From Rhizobium sp. (GTDB lineage: Bacteria > Pseudomonadota > Alphaproteobacteria > Rhizobiales > Rhizobiaceae), in the NCBI GenBank assembly GCA_041675415.1, contig JBAYTX010000008.1, forward strand, positions 2,368-66,367: 64,000 nucleotides of DNA. Direction: 5' to 3'. The first letter of the stretch is position 1, and each line of letters starts with the position of its first letter. Shown one piece after another: positions 37,564-46,215 of the stretch. Under the pieces are notes generated by a model. The model had not been told where the DNA came from, did no database searches, and worked only from the letters and a program-made list of their open reading frames with translations. A program made the translations under genes and the position numbers.

Positions 37564-38969
37564 AACTCCAATGCATCCAAGATAGCGTTGACGTTTTCCG
37601 GTTGCAGCGCCCAACGATAAGCTGGGTGTATTTCCCAACCGTAGCCGAAATCAACAATTTCATGACCCAGAAAGCGCGATTCCTCGAAATATTTTCTTAC
37701 AAGATTACCATTTTCCTCCACTTTTCTAGCAGTTATAAAATCTATTTTATACAAAAATTGTATCAACGCGCGCGAACTAACCGCCTTACCATTCGTAAAT
37801 GTAAAATTATTCTGTTGAATAATATTCGTAAGCTTCCTAGACAACTGATCAGTTGGAAACGTATAATTTGTTGCGGTTTTCCGCTCTATCTTTGTTGGCT
37901 TCATGGCAAGAAGCAAACGTTCAATCTGTGGTAACTCACTCTTGAATTCGTTTATGATATCCTGCAAGCGCTCTTGCGAATACATCTCAAAAATGCCATT
38001 TAGATCTTGCGATGATATGATACTGGCACCACGCTTGTTTGCACTTTTCGCCGCAAGCCGAAAGAGCTTCACTAGGTCACGTGGTCTCGCCCGCGTCAGC
38101 GAAAGCAGGATTTTGTGAACCGGCCGATCCTCCCACTTACCCTTTCCGGAAAACCGAGGCTCAATAACTTCCTTTAGTATAAGACTGGTAATCTGTCCTT
38201 GATCAAGATTATCAATAGCCTGCTGCGTGTACTCTAATCTGAAGAACGTAGCAATTCTCTTTGCAATGACCCGTAGAATGTCATCATTAATCCATCTCAG
38301 CCAAATGACATTTCCTTCAATCTTATCCGTTGACTCGTCCGACGTCCGAACCAAAAAATATACGTCACTTCTAAGTCCGATTCGGAATCGGATGCGTGGG
38401 TGTTTCCCCCCTATATCGCGGATAGCGTTTAGCAGAGCAGAAATATTTGTGATATCTTCAGGGTTTGCTTTCCATCCGCGGTCTATGTCATCAATATAAA
38501 TATTGATCGAGCGGACGTCCCCGTTCTCTAACCTCTTTTCGTCTAGCCACTTTACGATTAACTCAGCAAGAGAATTAGCAGAGGCATTTTCCAGCTCAGG
38601 GAGCTGATTGAGCATTGCCTTTTCAAATAGTGCGCCGAGTATTTCCCTTAAAATTCCTGTTTTCCACACCGAAATTTTGCGTACGAATTGGTCGTTTGGG
38701 TTGGTATCTGTCTGCACATTGAGCAATGCGTCCGGCTGCAACCAGACACAGGGAATATGCGCCTCTACGTCTGACAGATAAGCCCGTTTAAGAAGCGCGC
38801 TTTTGCCGACTCCTTTGTGACCAACAAGAACCCGTACAGGCAAGTTAGACGTCAGGGAGTCGTAAGCCATGTTCCTATAGAAGTATTCCTTCAGGCGTTC
38901 ATCGTTCTCATTTTCCGCATCATCCGCGCCAAATATTTGTTGTATCGTTGCATCGTCAAATGTGTGCAC
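37560..38969 (-). CDS. P-loop NTPase of unknown family (AAA+/STAND-like), first gene of the AT-rich islet operon
   Basis: 469 aa. Walker A GHKGVGKS (38799-38822) and Walker B INIYIDDID (38481-38507). There is a lid/sensor-2-like stretch, LTRARPRDLVKLFRLAAKSA. GTG start with GAGG 7 nt upstream. This is the only long ORF in a roughly 2-kb AT-rich stretch. Confidence 0.75.
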   Translation of the reverse strand: MHTFDDATIQQIFGADDAENENDERLKEYFYRNMAYDSLTSNLPVRVLVGHKGVGKSALLKRAYLSDVEAHIPCVWLQPDALLNVQTDTNPNDQFVRKISVWKTGILREILGALFEKAMLNQLPELENASANSLAELIVKWLDEKRLENGDVRSINIYIDDIDRGWKANPEDITNISALLNAIRDIGGKHPRIRFRIGLRSDVYFLVRTSDESTDKIEGNVIWLRWINDDILRVIAKRIATFFRLEYTQQAIDNLDQGQITSLILKEVIEPRFSGKGKWEDRPVHKILLSLTRARPRDLVKLFRLAAKSANKRGASIISSQDLNGIFEMYSQERLQDIINEFKSELPQIERLLLAMKPTKIERKTATNYTFPTDQLSRKLTNIIQQNNFTFTNGKAVSSRALIQFLYKIDFITARKVEENGNLVRKYFEESRFLGHEIVDFGYGWEIHPAYRWALQPENVNAILDALEL

Positions 38970-39003
38970 CTGAGGACCTCAGATTCATCGTTCAACATCA
39001 CTC

Positions 39004-39031
39004 GTTATAGATAATGCAATTCTTGTTTGAA
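39004..39031 (-). promoter_or_regulatory. sigma70-like promoter candidate for the islet operon
   Basis: The minus strand reads TTCAAA-N16-TATAAC, about 35 nt upstream of the GTG start. Confidence 0.3.
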
Positions 39032-39209
39032 GCACTACCGATTGTGTACCTTAGCGCGACATTTTGAAGTGCATTCCTTCATCCCGCAAGTCTTGCGCGC
39101 ACTATTCCGCAGACTTCTCAACGTTGCCCACTCCAAAAATACGTAGGATCGCTCCAACGGCCCTGTCCAGTCGGTAAGCGTTCACGCGGCGCCTCCACCT
39201 CCTCCGTCA

Positions 39210-39336
39210 CCCCGGCCCTGAGCCGGGGGCCAGCAACGGCGCAGCAAAAGACTCCTCTCGCGATCAATGTCTTGATCGCGCTGGATGCCGGATCAAGTCC
39301 GGCAGGGCGGCGGGTTTCTGCTTGCGCCGGAAACCC
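39210..39336. repeat. stack of four GC-rich stem-loops (REP/RIME-like mosaic)
   Basis: CCCCGGC-CCTGA-GCCGGGG (39210-39228); CGCGATCAA-TGTC-TTGATCGCG (39259-39280); TGCCGGA-TCAAG-TCCGGCA (39286-39304); GGGTTTC...GAAACCC (39312-39336). Confidence 0.45.
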
Positions 39337-39347
39337 CCACCCCAATC

Positions 39348-39377
39348 AAAAAAAACCGCCGGATCGCTCCGGCGGTT
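39348..39377 (-). terminator. rho-independent terminator of the 39404-39793 gene
   Basis: The minus strand reads CCGCCGGA-GCGA-TCCGGCGG followed by T8. Confidence 0.7.
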
Positions 39378-39403
39378 TCTTCATTCCAATCCTTGCGCCC
39401 GTC

Positions 39404-39793
39404 TCAGACGAACTGGCTCAGGCCCGGAACCGAGGAGACGACGTTGTCGACCACTTCGTCGCCGGCATATTCGCGGGCGGCGGCGATCGTTTCCCTGGCG
39501 AGCGCGGTGATCTCGCCCATACCGAGGCCCTGGGCCATCAGCTGCTGGCCGAGACCCATGATGCCGCCGCCGCCGATCGCGCTCATCAGCCCGCCGAGGA
39601 TGCCCTTGCCCTCGCCTTCGCCATTGTACCTGGCGACGAGATCCATGGCGCCGGGGACCGCCTCGATCATCTTGGCGACCGGACCGTCGGCCGCTTCGCG
39701 CTGGAGGAAGCCGAGCATCATGCCGACGGACTTTTCCGCGACGTCCGGCTCGATGCCGACCTTGTCGGCGATGCGGGTTACGAGTTCATTCAT
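39404..39793 (-). CDS. small conserved hypothetical protein (possibly DUF2780-like)
   Basis: 129 aa with a strong SD (GGAGG) and a strong terminator. Helical N-terminal half and a Gly/Met-rich centre (GGLMSAIGGGGIMGLGQQLMAQGLGMG). The family name is tentative. Confidence 0.55.
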   Translation of the reverse strand: MNELVTRIADKVGIEPDVAEKSVGMMLGFLQREAADGPVAKMIEAVPGAMDLVARYNGEGEGKGILGGLMSAIGGGGIMGLGQQLMAQGLGMGEITALARETIAAAREYAGDEVVDNVVSSVPGLSQFV

Positions 39794-39814
39794 GGCTTGC
39801 CTCCTGTGGATATT

Positions 39815-39830
39815 TTGACGTTAACGTCAA
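39815..39830. promoter_or_regulatory. perfect 16-bp palindrome TTGACGTTAACGTCAA upstream of the 39404-39793 gene
   Basis: Seen directly, 22 nt upstream of the ATG at 39793 in a divergent intergenic region. Confidence 0.3.
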
Positions 39831-40031
39831 CGTAAATTATTCGGGCTGCGAACTCAAGCACCCATATCGCGTTCCACGGCATTCTCCGCGCATTCTCCGG
39901 GGCGCGGGGCGCGGCTCCATCCGGGCTGTTGTCATGTTCCACACTATCCTTATAACTACAATACGATGTTTCATTGAAGAGTGGGAGTCCGCCGGCGGTG
40001 CCGCCGGCATTCCCCGCGAAGGACGAGGCGC

Positions 40032-41594
40032 ATGCTCGAAGACGGAAAGCTCTATATCGGCACCAGCCGCAATCCCGACGACAGCCTCAACAAGGGCGAA
40101 TATCTCGAGCTGAAATACGGCAACCGCCACGGCATCGTCACCGGCGCCACGGGCACCGGCAAGACGGTGACGCTTCAGGTGCTGGCCGAGAGCTTTTCCA
40201 ATGCCGGGGTGCCGGTGTTCTGCGCCGACATCAAGGGCGACCTCTCCGGCATCGCCGTCATGGGCGAGCCGAAGGACTGGGTCGACCAGCGAGCCAAGCT
40301 GATCGGTTTTGACGATTTCGCCTACCAGGAATTCCCGGTGATCTTCTGGGACCTCTACGGCGAGCAGGGCCACCGGGTGCGCACCACCGTCGCCGAGATG
40401 GGGCCGCTTCTGCTCTCCCGGCTGATGGATGCATCGGAAGCGCAGGAAGGCGTCTTGAACATCGCCTTCAAGATCGCCGACCAGGGCGGGCTGCCGCTGC
40501 TCGACCTGAAAGACCTGCAGGCGCTCCTGAACTACATGGGCGAGCATGCAAGCGAGCTGTCGAGCCAATTCGGGCAGATCTCGAAAGCGTCGGTCGGCTC
40601 GCTGCAACGCGGCCTGCTGATCCTCGAACAACAGGGCGCGGAAAATTTCTTCGGCGAGCCGGCGCTGGCGATCTCCGACATCATGCGCACCACCAATGAC
40701 GGGCGCGGGGCGATTTCGGTGCTGGCCGCCGACAAGCTGATGATGAACCCGAGGCTCTACTCGACCTTCCTGCTGTGGCTGTTGTCGGAACTGTTCGAGG
40801 AATTGCCGGAAGTGGGCGATCCGGACAAGCCGAGGCTGGTGTTCTTCTTCGACGAGGCGCATCTCCTGTTCAACGACGCGCCGAAGGTGCTGATCGAGCG
40901 GATCGAGCAGGTCGTCCGCCTCATCCGCTCCAAGGGCGTCGGCGTCTATTTCGTCACCCAGAACCCGCTCGACGTGCCGGAAACGGTTCTCGCGCAAATG
41001 GGCAACCGCATCCAGCATGCGCTGCGCGCCTACACGCCGCGCGAGCAGAAGGCGGTCAGAACCGCAGCCACCACCTTCCGCCCCAACCCGGCCTTCGACT
41101 GCGAGACCGCGATCACCATGCTCGGCATCGGCGAGGCGCTGGTCTCGACGCTTCAGGCCAAGGGCGTGCCCTCGGTCGTCGAGCGCACGCTGGTGCGCCC
41201 GCCGTCGGGGAGGCCCGGGACGATCAGCGAGGCCGAGCGCCGCGCGGTGATGAATGTGAGCCCGGTCGCGGGCGTCTACGACAAGGATATCGACCGGGAA
41301 TCGGCCTACGAGATCCTTCTTGCCCGCGAGCAGAAGGCGGCCGAAGCCGAGGCTGCCCGGCGGGCGCAGGAAGAGGGCCGCACAGCCGACAGCGCCGAAG
41401 GCCGCTGGACGCTGCCCGGCTTTGGCACCGAGGACGACGACGAGCGCACGACCAAGACCAGGACGACAACGATGCGCCGAACCTATCAGCGCGAAACGGT
41501 GTTCGAAGCGGCCATGAAGAGCGCCGCACGCTCGGTGGCCAATTCCGTCGGACGGGCGATCGTGCGCGGAATTCTGGGAAGCCTGAAGCGGTAG
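40032..41594 (+). CDS. DUF853 / YjgR-type HerA-like P-loop ATPase
   Basis: Walker A GATGTGKT, Walker B VFFFDEAH and a C-terminal basic tail. The N-terminus is typical of the YjgR family. Internal ATG at 40032. Confidence 0.85.
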   Translation: MLEDGKLYIGTSRNPDDSLNKGEYLELKYGNRHGIVTGATGTGKTVTLQVLAESFSNAGVPVFCADIKGDLSGIAVMGEPKDWVDQRAKLIGFDDFAYQEFPVIFWDLYGEQGHRVRTTVAEMGPLLLSRLMDASEAQEGVLNIAFKIADQGGLPLLDLKDLQALLNYMGEHASELSSQFGQISKASVGSLQRGLLILEQQGAENFFGEPALAISDIMRTTNDGRGAISVLAADKLMMNPRLYSTFLLWLLSELFEELPEVGDPDKPRLVFFFDEAHLLFNDAPKVLIERIEQVVRLIRSKGVGVYFVTQNPLDVPETVLAQMGNRIQHALRAYTPREQKAVRTAATTFRPNPAFDCETAITMLGIGEALVSTLQAKGVPSVVERTLVRPPSGRPGTISEAERRAVMNVSPVAGVYDKDIDRESAYEILLAREQKAAEAEAARRAQEEGRTADSAEGRWTLPGFGTEDDDERTTKTRTTTMRRTYQRETVFEAAMKSAARSVANSVGRAIVRGILGSLKR

Positions 41595-41603
41595 GGGCGG
41601 GCT

Positions 41604-42452
41604 TTGCGGCAGGGCGTGAGCAGATTTGCATTCCAACAGGTTGATGTCTTTTCCTCGCGGCCCCTGCGGGGCAATCCGCTCGCCGTCGTCGTCGGCGCGG
41701 ATACCTTGAGCGAACCGGAGATGGCCGCCTTCGCCAACTGGACGAACCTCAGCGAGACGACCTTTCTGCTGAAGCCCAAGTCGGCCGGCGCTGACTATCG
41801 GGTCCGGATATTCACCCCCGTGCGCGAACTGCCGTTTGCCGGCCATCCCACATTGGGCAGCTGCCATGTCTGGCTGGCCTCGGGCGGTACGCCGAAGGGT
41901 GGCGAGATCATACAGGAGTGCGAGGCCGGGCTTATCCGAATTCGCCGTGACAATGACCGGCTTTCCTTCGCGGCCCCCGATCTGCGCCGTGCCGGACCCA
42001 TCGAGCCCGAAATCCTATCGCGAGTCGTCGGAGGGCTTAATCTGGAACCCGATGCGATCGTCGGTGCGAACTGGGTGGACAACGGCCCGGGATGGCTCGC
42101 GGTCCTGCTGCGCTCCAGAGAGGAGGTCCTGGCGCTACGTCCGGACTACGCGATCATATCCGGACTGCGGGTCGGTGTCGTCGCCCCCTGGAATTCTTCG
42201 AAAGAGGGGCGCGACGCCGATTTCGAGGTGCGCGCCTTTACCGCGGCCGGCTTCGAGGACCCCGTGACCGGCAGCCTGAATGCCGGTCTCGCCCAATGGC
42301 TGATCGGCAGCGGCATCGCGCCATCGACCTATATCGCCAGCCAGGGCACCGTGCTCGGACGAGCGGGCCGCGTTCATGTCGAACAGGCCGGTGGCGATAT
42401 CTGGATTGGCGGCAATGTCGCCACATGCATCGAGGGCTCCGTGACCATTTGA
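41604..42452 (+). CDS. PhzF family isomerase-like protein
   Basis: F.QVDVFS....GNPLAVV N-terminus and SETTFL motif, 282 aa. The track start is TTG; a GTG at 41616 is an alternative. Confidence 0.8.
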   Translation: MRQGVSRFAFQQVDVFSSRPLRGNPLAVVVGADTLSEPEMAAFANWTNLSETTFLLKPKSAGADYRVRIFTPVRELPFAGHPTLGSCHVWLASGGTPKGGEIIQECEAGLIRIRRDNDRLSFAAPDLRRAGPIEPEILSRVVGGLNLEPDAIVGANWVDNGPGWLAVLLRSREEVLALRPDYAIISGLRVGVVAPWNSSKEGRDADFEVRAFTAAGFEDPVTGSLNAGLAQWLIGSGIAPSTYIASQGTVLGRAGRVHVEQAGGDIWIGGNVATCIEGSVTI

Positions 42453-42662
42453 GATCGGCTTCGACGCCGATGTCGCACCGACGCGCCGCCGGCCCCGGCC
42501 CGGTTGCCTCCTGCCCGGTAGCACCACGGGCAAATGCCCCACCTCCCCGAGATCACCCCCTAGGAGCATCCCGCGCCCGATGGTATAGAATAACCATCTG
42601 ACGAGCCTTTTTCACGACTGCCTACCCGCTAACGTTCATCATTGCTTACGGGGATATCTGTC

Positions 42663-44282
42663 ATGGCGCATAAACAGGTTCTCTTTCGCGACGAAGCCCG
42701 GGCGAAAATCCTGCGCGGGGCAACACTTCTCGCCGACGCGGTCCGTATCACGCTGGGTCCGCGATCCAAGTCCGTTCTGATCGAGAAGAAATGGGGCGTT
42801 CCGATCGTCTGCAACGACGGGGTGACGATCGCCAAGGAATTCGACCTCAAGGATGCGGAGGAAAATCTCGGTGCGCGCATGCTGCGCGAAGCGGCGGAGA
42901 AAACCGGCGAAATGGTCGGTGACGGCACCAGCACGGCGACGATCCTCGCGCATGCGATCTTTTCCGAAGGGCTTCGCAACGTCGTGGCCGGGGCCAGCGC
43001 GGTCGACATCAAGCGCGGCCTCGACCGGGCGACGAAATGCACCACGGAGGCCCTGAAGAAGTTGTCGCGGCCGGTCGCGACGACGCGCGAGAAGCAGCAG
43101 GTGGCGGCGATCTCCGCCCACAACGACGAGGCAATCGGCACACTCATCGCCGAGGCGATCGAAAAGGTCGGGGACGACGGCGTCATTACCGTCGAGGAGG
43201 CGAAGACGACGGAGACCCACCTCAACGTCGTCGAGGGCATGCAGTTCGACCGGGGGTTCATATCGCCCTATTTCGTCACCAATGCCGAGGACATGGAGGC
43301 CGCTCTGGAGGATGCGCGCATCCTGCTCTTCGACCGCAAGATCTCGGCCCTGATGGACCTCGTGCCGCTCCTCGAACAGATCGCCAAGTCCGGCCGCCCG
43401 CTGTTGGTCATTGCCGAGGACATCGAGGGCGAGGCGCTCGCCACCCTCATCGTCAACCAGATCCGCGGAACGTTCCACAATTGCGCCGTCAAGGCGCCGG
43501 GTTTCGGCGACCGGCGAAAGGCGATGCTGGAGGACATTGCGATCCTGACCGGTGCCCAGCTGATTTCCGAGGAACTCGGCTCGAAACTCGAAAACGTCAC
43601 CATGGAACAGCTCGGCACCGCCGCCCGGGTCGTGATCGACAAGGAGACGACGACGATCATCGGCGGTGCAGGCGACCCGGCGCGGATCAAGGGCCGGATC
43701 GAGGAAATCCGCCGCCAGATCGAGAAGACCACCAGCGATTACGACAAGGAGAAGCTGGAGGAGCGCCTCGCCAAGCTTTCCGGTGGCGTTGCCGTCATCC
43801 GCGTGGGTGCGCCGGCGGAAGCGGAAATGAAAGCCAGGAAGGACGCGATCGAGGACGCGATCAACGCCACCAAGGCGGCGGTCGCCGAAGGCATCGTGCC
43901 GGGCGGCGGGCTTGCGCTCCTGCGCTGCGTCGAGGCTGTCGCGGCCGAAGAGGCGAAATGCGACGGCGACGAGCGGACCGGCGTGCAGATCCTCAAGCGC
44001 GCGCTCGAAGCGCCGGCACGGCAGATCGCGCTGAATTCGGCGGTCGATGACGGCGTCGTCGTCGAGCGCATGCTGAAGGGAACCGGAGCCTATGGCTTCG
44101 ATGCCGGACGGCGGGAATATGTCGACCTGATGGAGGCCGGCATCATCGACCCGACCAAGGTGGTGCGGATCGCGCTCGAAAACGCGGTTTCCGTCGCCAG
44201 CATCCTGCTGCTGACGGAAGCGACGATGACAGAGGTGCGCGAGCCGGCGAAGCCGCCGGAGCCGGAGATGGGCGGGGCTTGA
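42663..44282 (+). CDS. groEL: chaperonin GroEL paralog (no adjacent groES)
   Basis: Canonical Cpn60 blocks: [24 protein letters not shown]-like [11 protein letters not shown], and [14 protein letters not shown]. 539 aa. The C-terminus ends EPEMGGA without a GGM repeat. Confidence 0.9.
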   Translation: MAHKQVLFRDEARAKILRGATLLADAVRITLGPRSKSVLIEKKWGVPIVCNDGVTIAKEFDLKDAEENLGARMLREAAEKTGEMVGDGTSTATILAHAIFSEGLRNVVAGASAVDIKRGLDRATKCTTEALKKLSRPVATTREKQQVAAISAHNDEAIGTLIAEAIEKVGDDGVITVEEAKTTETHLNVVEGMQFDRGFISPYFVTNAEDMEAALEDARILLFDRKISALMDLVPLLEQIAKSGRPLLVIAEDIEGEALATLIVNQIRGTFHNCAVKAPGFGDRRKAMLEDIAILTGAQLISEELGSKLENVTMEQLGTAARVVIDKETTTIIGGAGDPARIKGRIEEIRRQIEKTTSDYDKEKLEERLAKLSGGVAVIRVGAPAEAEMKARKDAIEDAINATKAAVAEGIVPGGGLALLRCVEAVAAEEAKCDGDERTGVQILKRALEAPARQIALNSAVDDGVVVERMLKGTGAYGFDAGRREYVDLMEAGIIDPTKVVRIALENAVSVASILLLTEATMTEVREPAKPPEPEMGGA

Positions 44283-44297
44283 GGCTCACAGGAGGTT

Positions 44298-44543
44298 TCA
44301 GGCCTTCCGTTGCCGCCACCACGTCCGCAGGAGCGCAATCCCGACGCCGATGGCAAATCCGGGAAGCGCCATGGCGATGGCCGCGGCCGCCGCACCCATT
44401 TCGCAGCCGCCGGAATCGCCCGGCGTGCCACAGCGCGGATCGAAGATGTATCCCATCGAAAGCGCGAAGACGCCGGTGAGAATCGGCAGGCCGATGAAGC
44501 CGATCAGTCCGTAGACCAGCGATTTGACAATCAGCCTCAGCAT
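44298..44543 (-). CDS. small membrane protein, hypothetical
   Basis: 81 aa with two hydrophobic helices. True ATG start. No known motif. Confidence 0.4.
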   Translation of the reverse strand: MLRLIVKSLVYGLIGFIGLPILTGVFALSMGYIFDPRCGTPGDSGGCEMGAAAAAIAMALPGFAIGVGIALLRTWWRQRKA

Positions 44544-44699
44544 TCTTTCCCCCCTGCCTTCAAAGCCTGTCTATAAGAAAGATAGCGCAATTGGCGCACG
44601 ACGTGAACGGCCGGCGCGCCGCAGCGGCCTTGACCTCTCAGCAAATTGCCGCCATCTCCACCTCGAGGCTGCGGCGCGGCAAGCGGAACGGAGAGACGG

Positions 44700-45380
44700 A
44701 TGGCCTTTCGGATCAACAACGGATCGCTCTACCCCTACGCCGCTGGTGCCGTGGTCGCCGGCCTGCTTGCCGCCTTTGGCATGATCGCCGACGAAGTGAG
44801 CGAGGGCGAGACGCTCGGCCTCGACGAGGCGGTGCTGATGGCACTCAGGACGCCGGGCAATCCCGCCGACCCGATCGGCCCGGCATGGCTCGAGGAGGCC
44901 GCCCGCGACGTGACCGCGCTCGGCAGCTTCTCGGTGCTGACCATTCTCGTTCTGGTCGTCGTTATCCATCTCTTCCTCATCAGGCGGCAGCGGACCGGAT
45001 GGTTCCTCGCACTCTCGGTCATCGGCGGGACGATCATGAGCACGACGCTGAAATCCTTCTACGACCGGCCGCGCCCCGATCTCACCGGCGCGGCGCGCGT
45101 CTTTACCGCGAGCTTTCCGAGCGGGCACGCGACGATCTCGGCCGTCGTCTATCTGACGCTCGGCGCGCTGCTTGCCGAAATGGCGGATCGCAGGAGCCAG
45201 CAGGTTCTCTATCTCGGCTCGGCGATCTTCCTGGCGGTGATCATCGGCCTGAGCCGCGTCTATCTCGGCGTCCACTACCCGACGGACGTGCTTGCCGGCT
45301 GGTCGATCGGTGCCGGCTGGGCGCTCGCCTGGACGCTCGCCGCCCATCTGGTGCGCAAGCGAATGAAGACTAAGGGGTGA
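44700..45380 (+). CDS. PAP2 family phosphatase
   Basis: All three acid-phosphatase motifs are present: KSFYDRPRP, PSGH and SRVYLGVHYPTD. ATG at 44700 with GGAGAG upstream. Confidence 0.85.
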   Translation: MAFRINNGSLYPYAAGAVVAGLLAAFGMIADEVSEGETLGLDEAVLMALRTPGNPADPIGPAWLEEAARDVTALGSFSVLTILVLVVVIHLFLIRRQRTGWFLALSVIGGTIMSTTLKSFYDRPRPDLTGAARVFTASFPSGHATISAVVYLTLGALLAEMADRRSQQVLYLGSAIFLAVIIGLSRVYLGVHYPTDVLAGWSIGAGWALAWTLAAHLVRKRMKTKG

Positions 45381-45415
45381 GGAGACGGCGCTGCGCCGCC
45401 TCCCCTCCTGCCTCG

Positions 45416-46192
45416 TCAGCGCTTCGGCGCGACGAGCGAAAAATGCGCGCCCTGCGGGTCAATGCAATTGACGATCCAGCTGCCGCCGGGGACTTCCATG
45501 GGACCATTGATGATCTGGCCACCGCCCACCTTCACCCGCTCCGCCGCCGCATCGATCGCCTCGACATTGATATAATAACCCCAGAAGGCCACGGGCATGT
45601 CCGGCATCTTGGTCATCATGCCGCCGAGCCCCACCCCATCAACCTTGAAGGTCTGGTAGATGCCCATCGCCCCCATATCGACCGCCATGTCCTTTTCCCA
45701 GCCGAACATCCTGGAATAGAAGGCGAAGGCTTCCTCACCGTTGCCGGCCATCAGTTCGCGCCAGCCGAATGTGCCGGGCGTGCCCATTTGCGGCTCCGGC
45801 GGCATCGGGCCCTCCGGCATATTGGGCTTGAAGAGGTTGATGACGGCACCATGGGGATCGGCGACCACGGCAAAGCGGCCGATGCCGGGAATGTCTTCGG
45901 GTGCGCGATGCACGACGCCGCCGTTGTCGGCGAATTCCTTCGCCTTGGCGTCGACGTCGTCGACCGCGACATAACCGCTCCAGTTGGGCGGGATCTTCTG
46001 GTCGCACATCTCCTGCGTCAACGCCATCATGCCCGCAACGCCCATTTCGAAACCCGGAATACTGAAGATACTGTAGGACATGCCCGGCATGCCAGAGTCC
46101 TTGACCTCCCAACCGGCGACAGGTCCATAGAATTTCGCGGCGGCCGCCATGTCGGTGGTCATCAGCTCGTACCAGATGAATGTGCCTTGCAT
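45416..46192 (-). CDS. VOC (glyoxalase/bleomycin resistance) family protein, two-domain
   Basis: Two repeated betaalphabetabetabeta modules (F.WYELMT...; F.WRELM...) and a good SD (GGAAGGAAG). Confidence 0.8.
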   Translation of the reverse strand: MQGTFIWYELMTTDMAAAAKFYGPVAGWEVKDSGMPGMSYSIFSIPGFEMGVAGMMALTQEMCDQKIPPNWSGYVAVDDVDAKAKEFADNGGVVHRAPEDIPGIGRFAVVADPHGAVINLFKPNMPEGPMPPEPQMGTPGTFGWRELMAGNGEEAFAFYSRMFGWEKDMAVDMGAMGIYQTFKVDGVGLGGMMTKMPDMPVAFWGYYINVEAIDAAAERVKVGGGQIINGPMEVPGGSWIVNCIDPQGAHFSLVAPKR

Positions 46193-46215
46193 CGTCTCTT
46201 CCTTCCCGGGGTTGC

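Noticed and set aside
36913-39115. Possible terminal inverted repeats of the AT-rich islet (GCTGCGGAGTAT near 36915 versus ACTATTCCGCAGA near 39101).
   Set aside because: Only a 7-nt core (TCCGCAG/CTGCGGA) truly matches, which is too weak to call TIRs or att sites without comparative data.
39118-39345. 75-aa minus-strand ORF right of the islet.
   Set aside because: It is composed entirely of the REP-like hairpin stack, has no SD, and gives a repeat-derived pseudo-peptide.
39837-41867. 676-aa minus-strand ORF opposite the DUF853 ATPase gene.
   Set aside because: Antisense shadow. The plus-strand gene has Walker A/B motifs and family-typical termini.
42560-42662. Search for a CIRCE element or RpoH-type promoter upstream of the orphan groEL.
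   Set aside because: I found no TTAGCACTC-N9-GAGTGCTAA and no convincing CTTG-N17-CYTATNT match by eye, so I do not annotate a heat-shock promoter.
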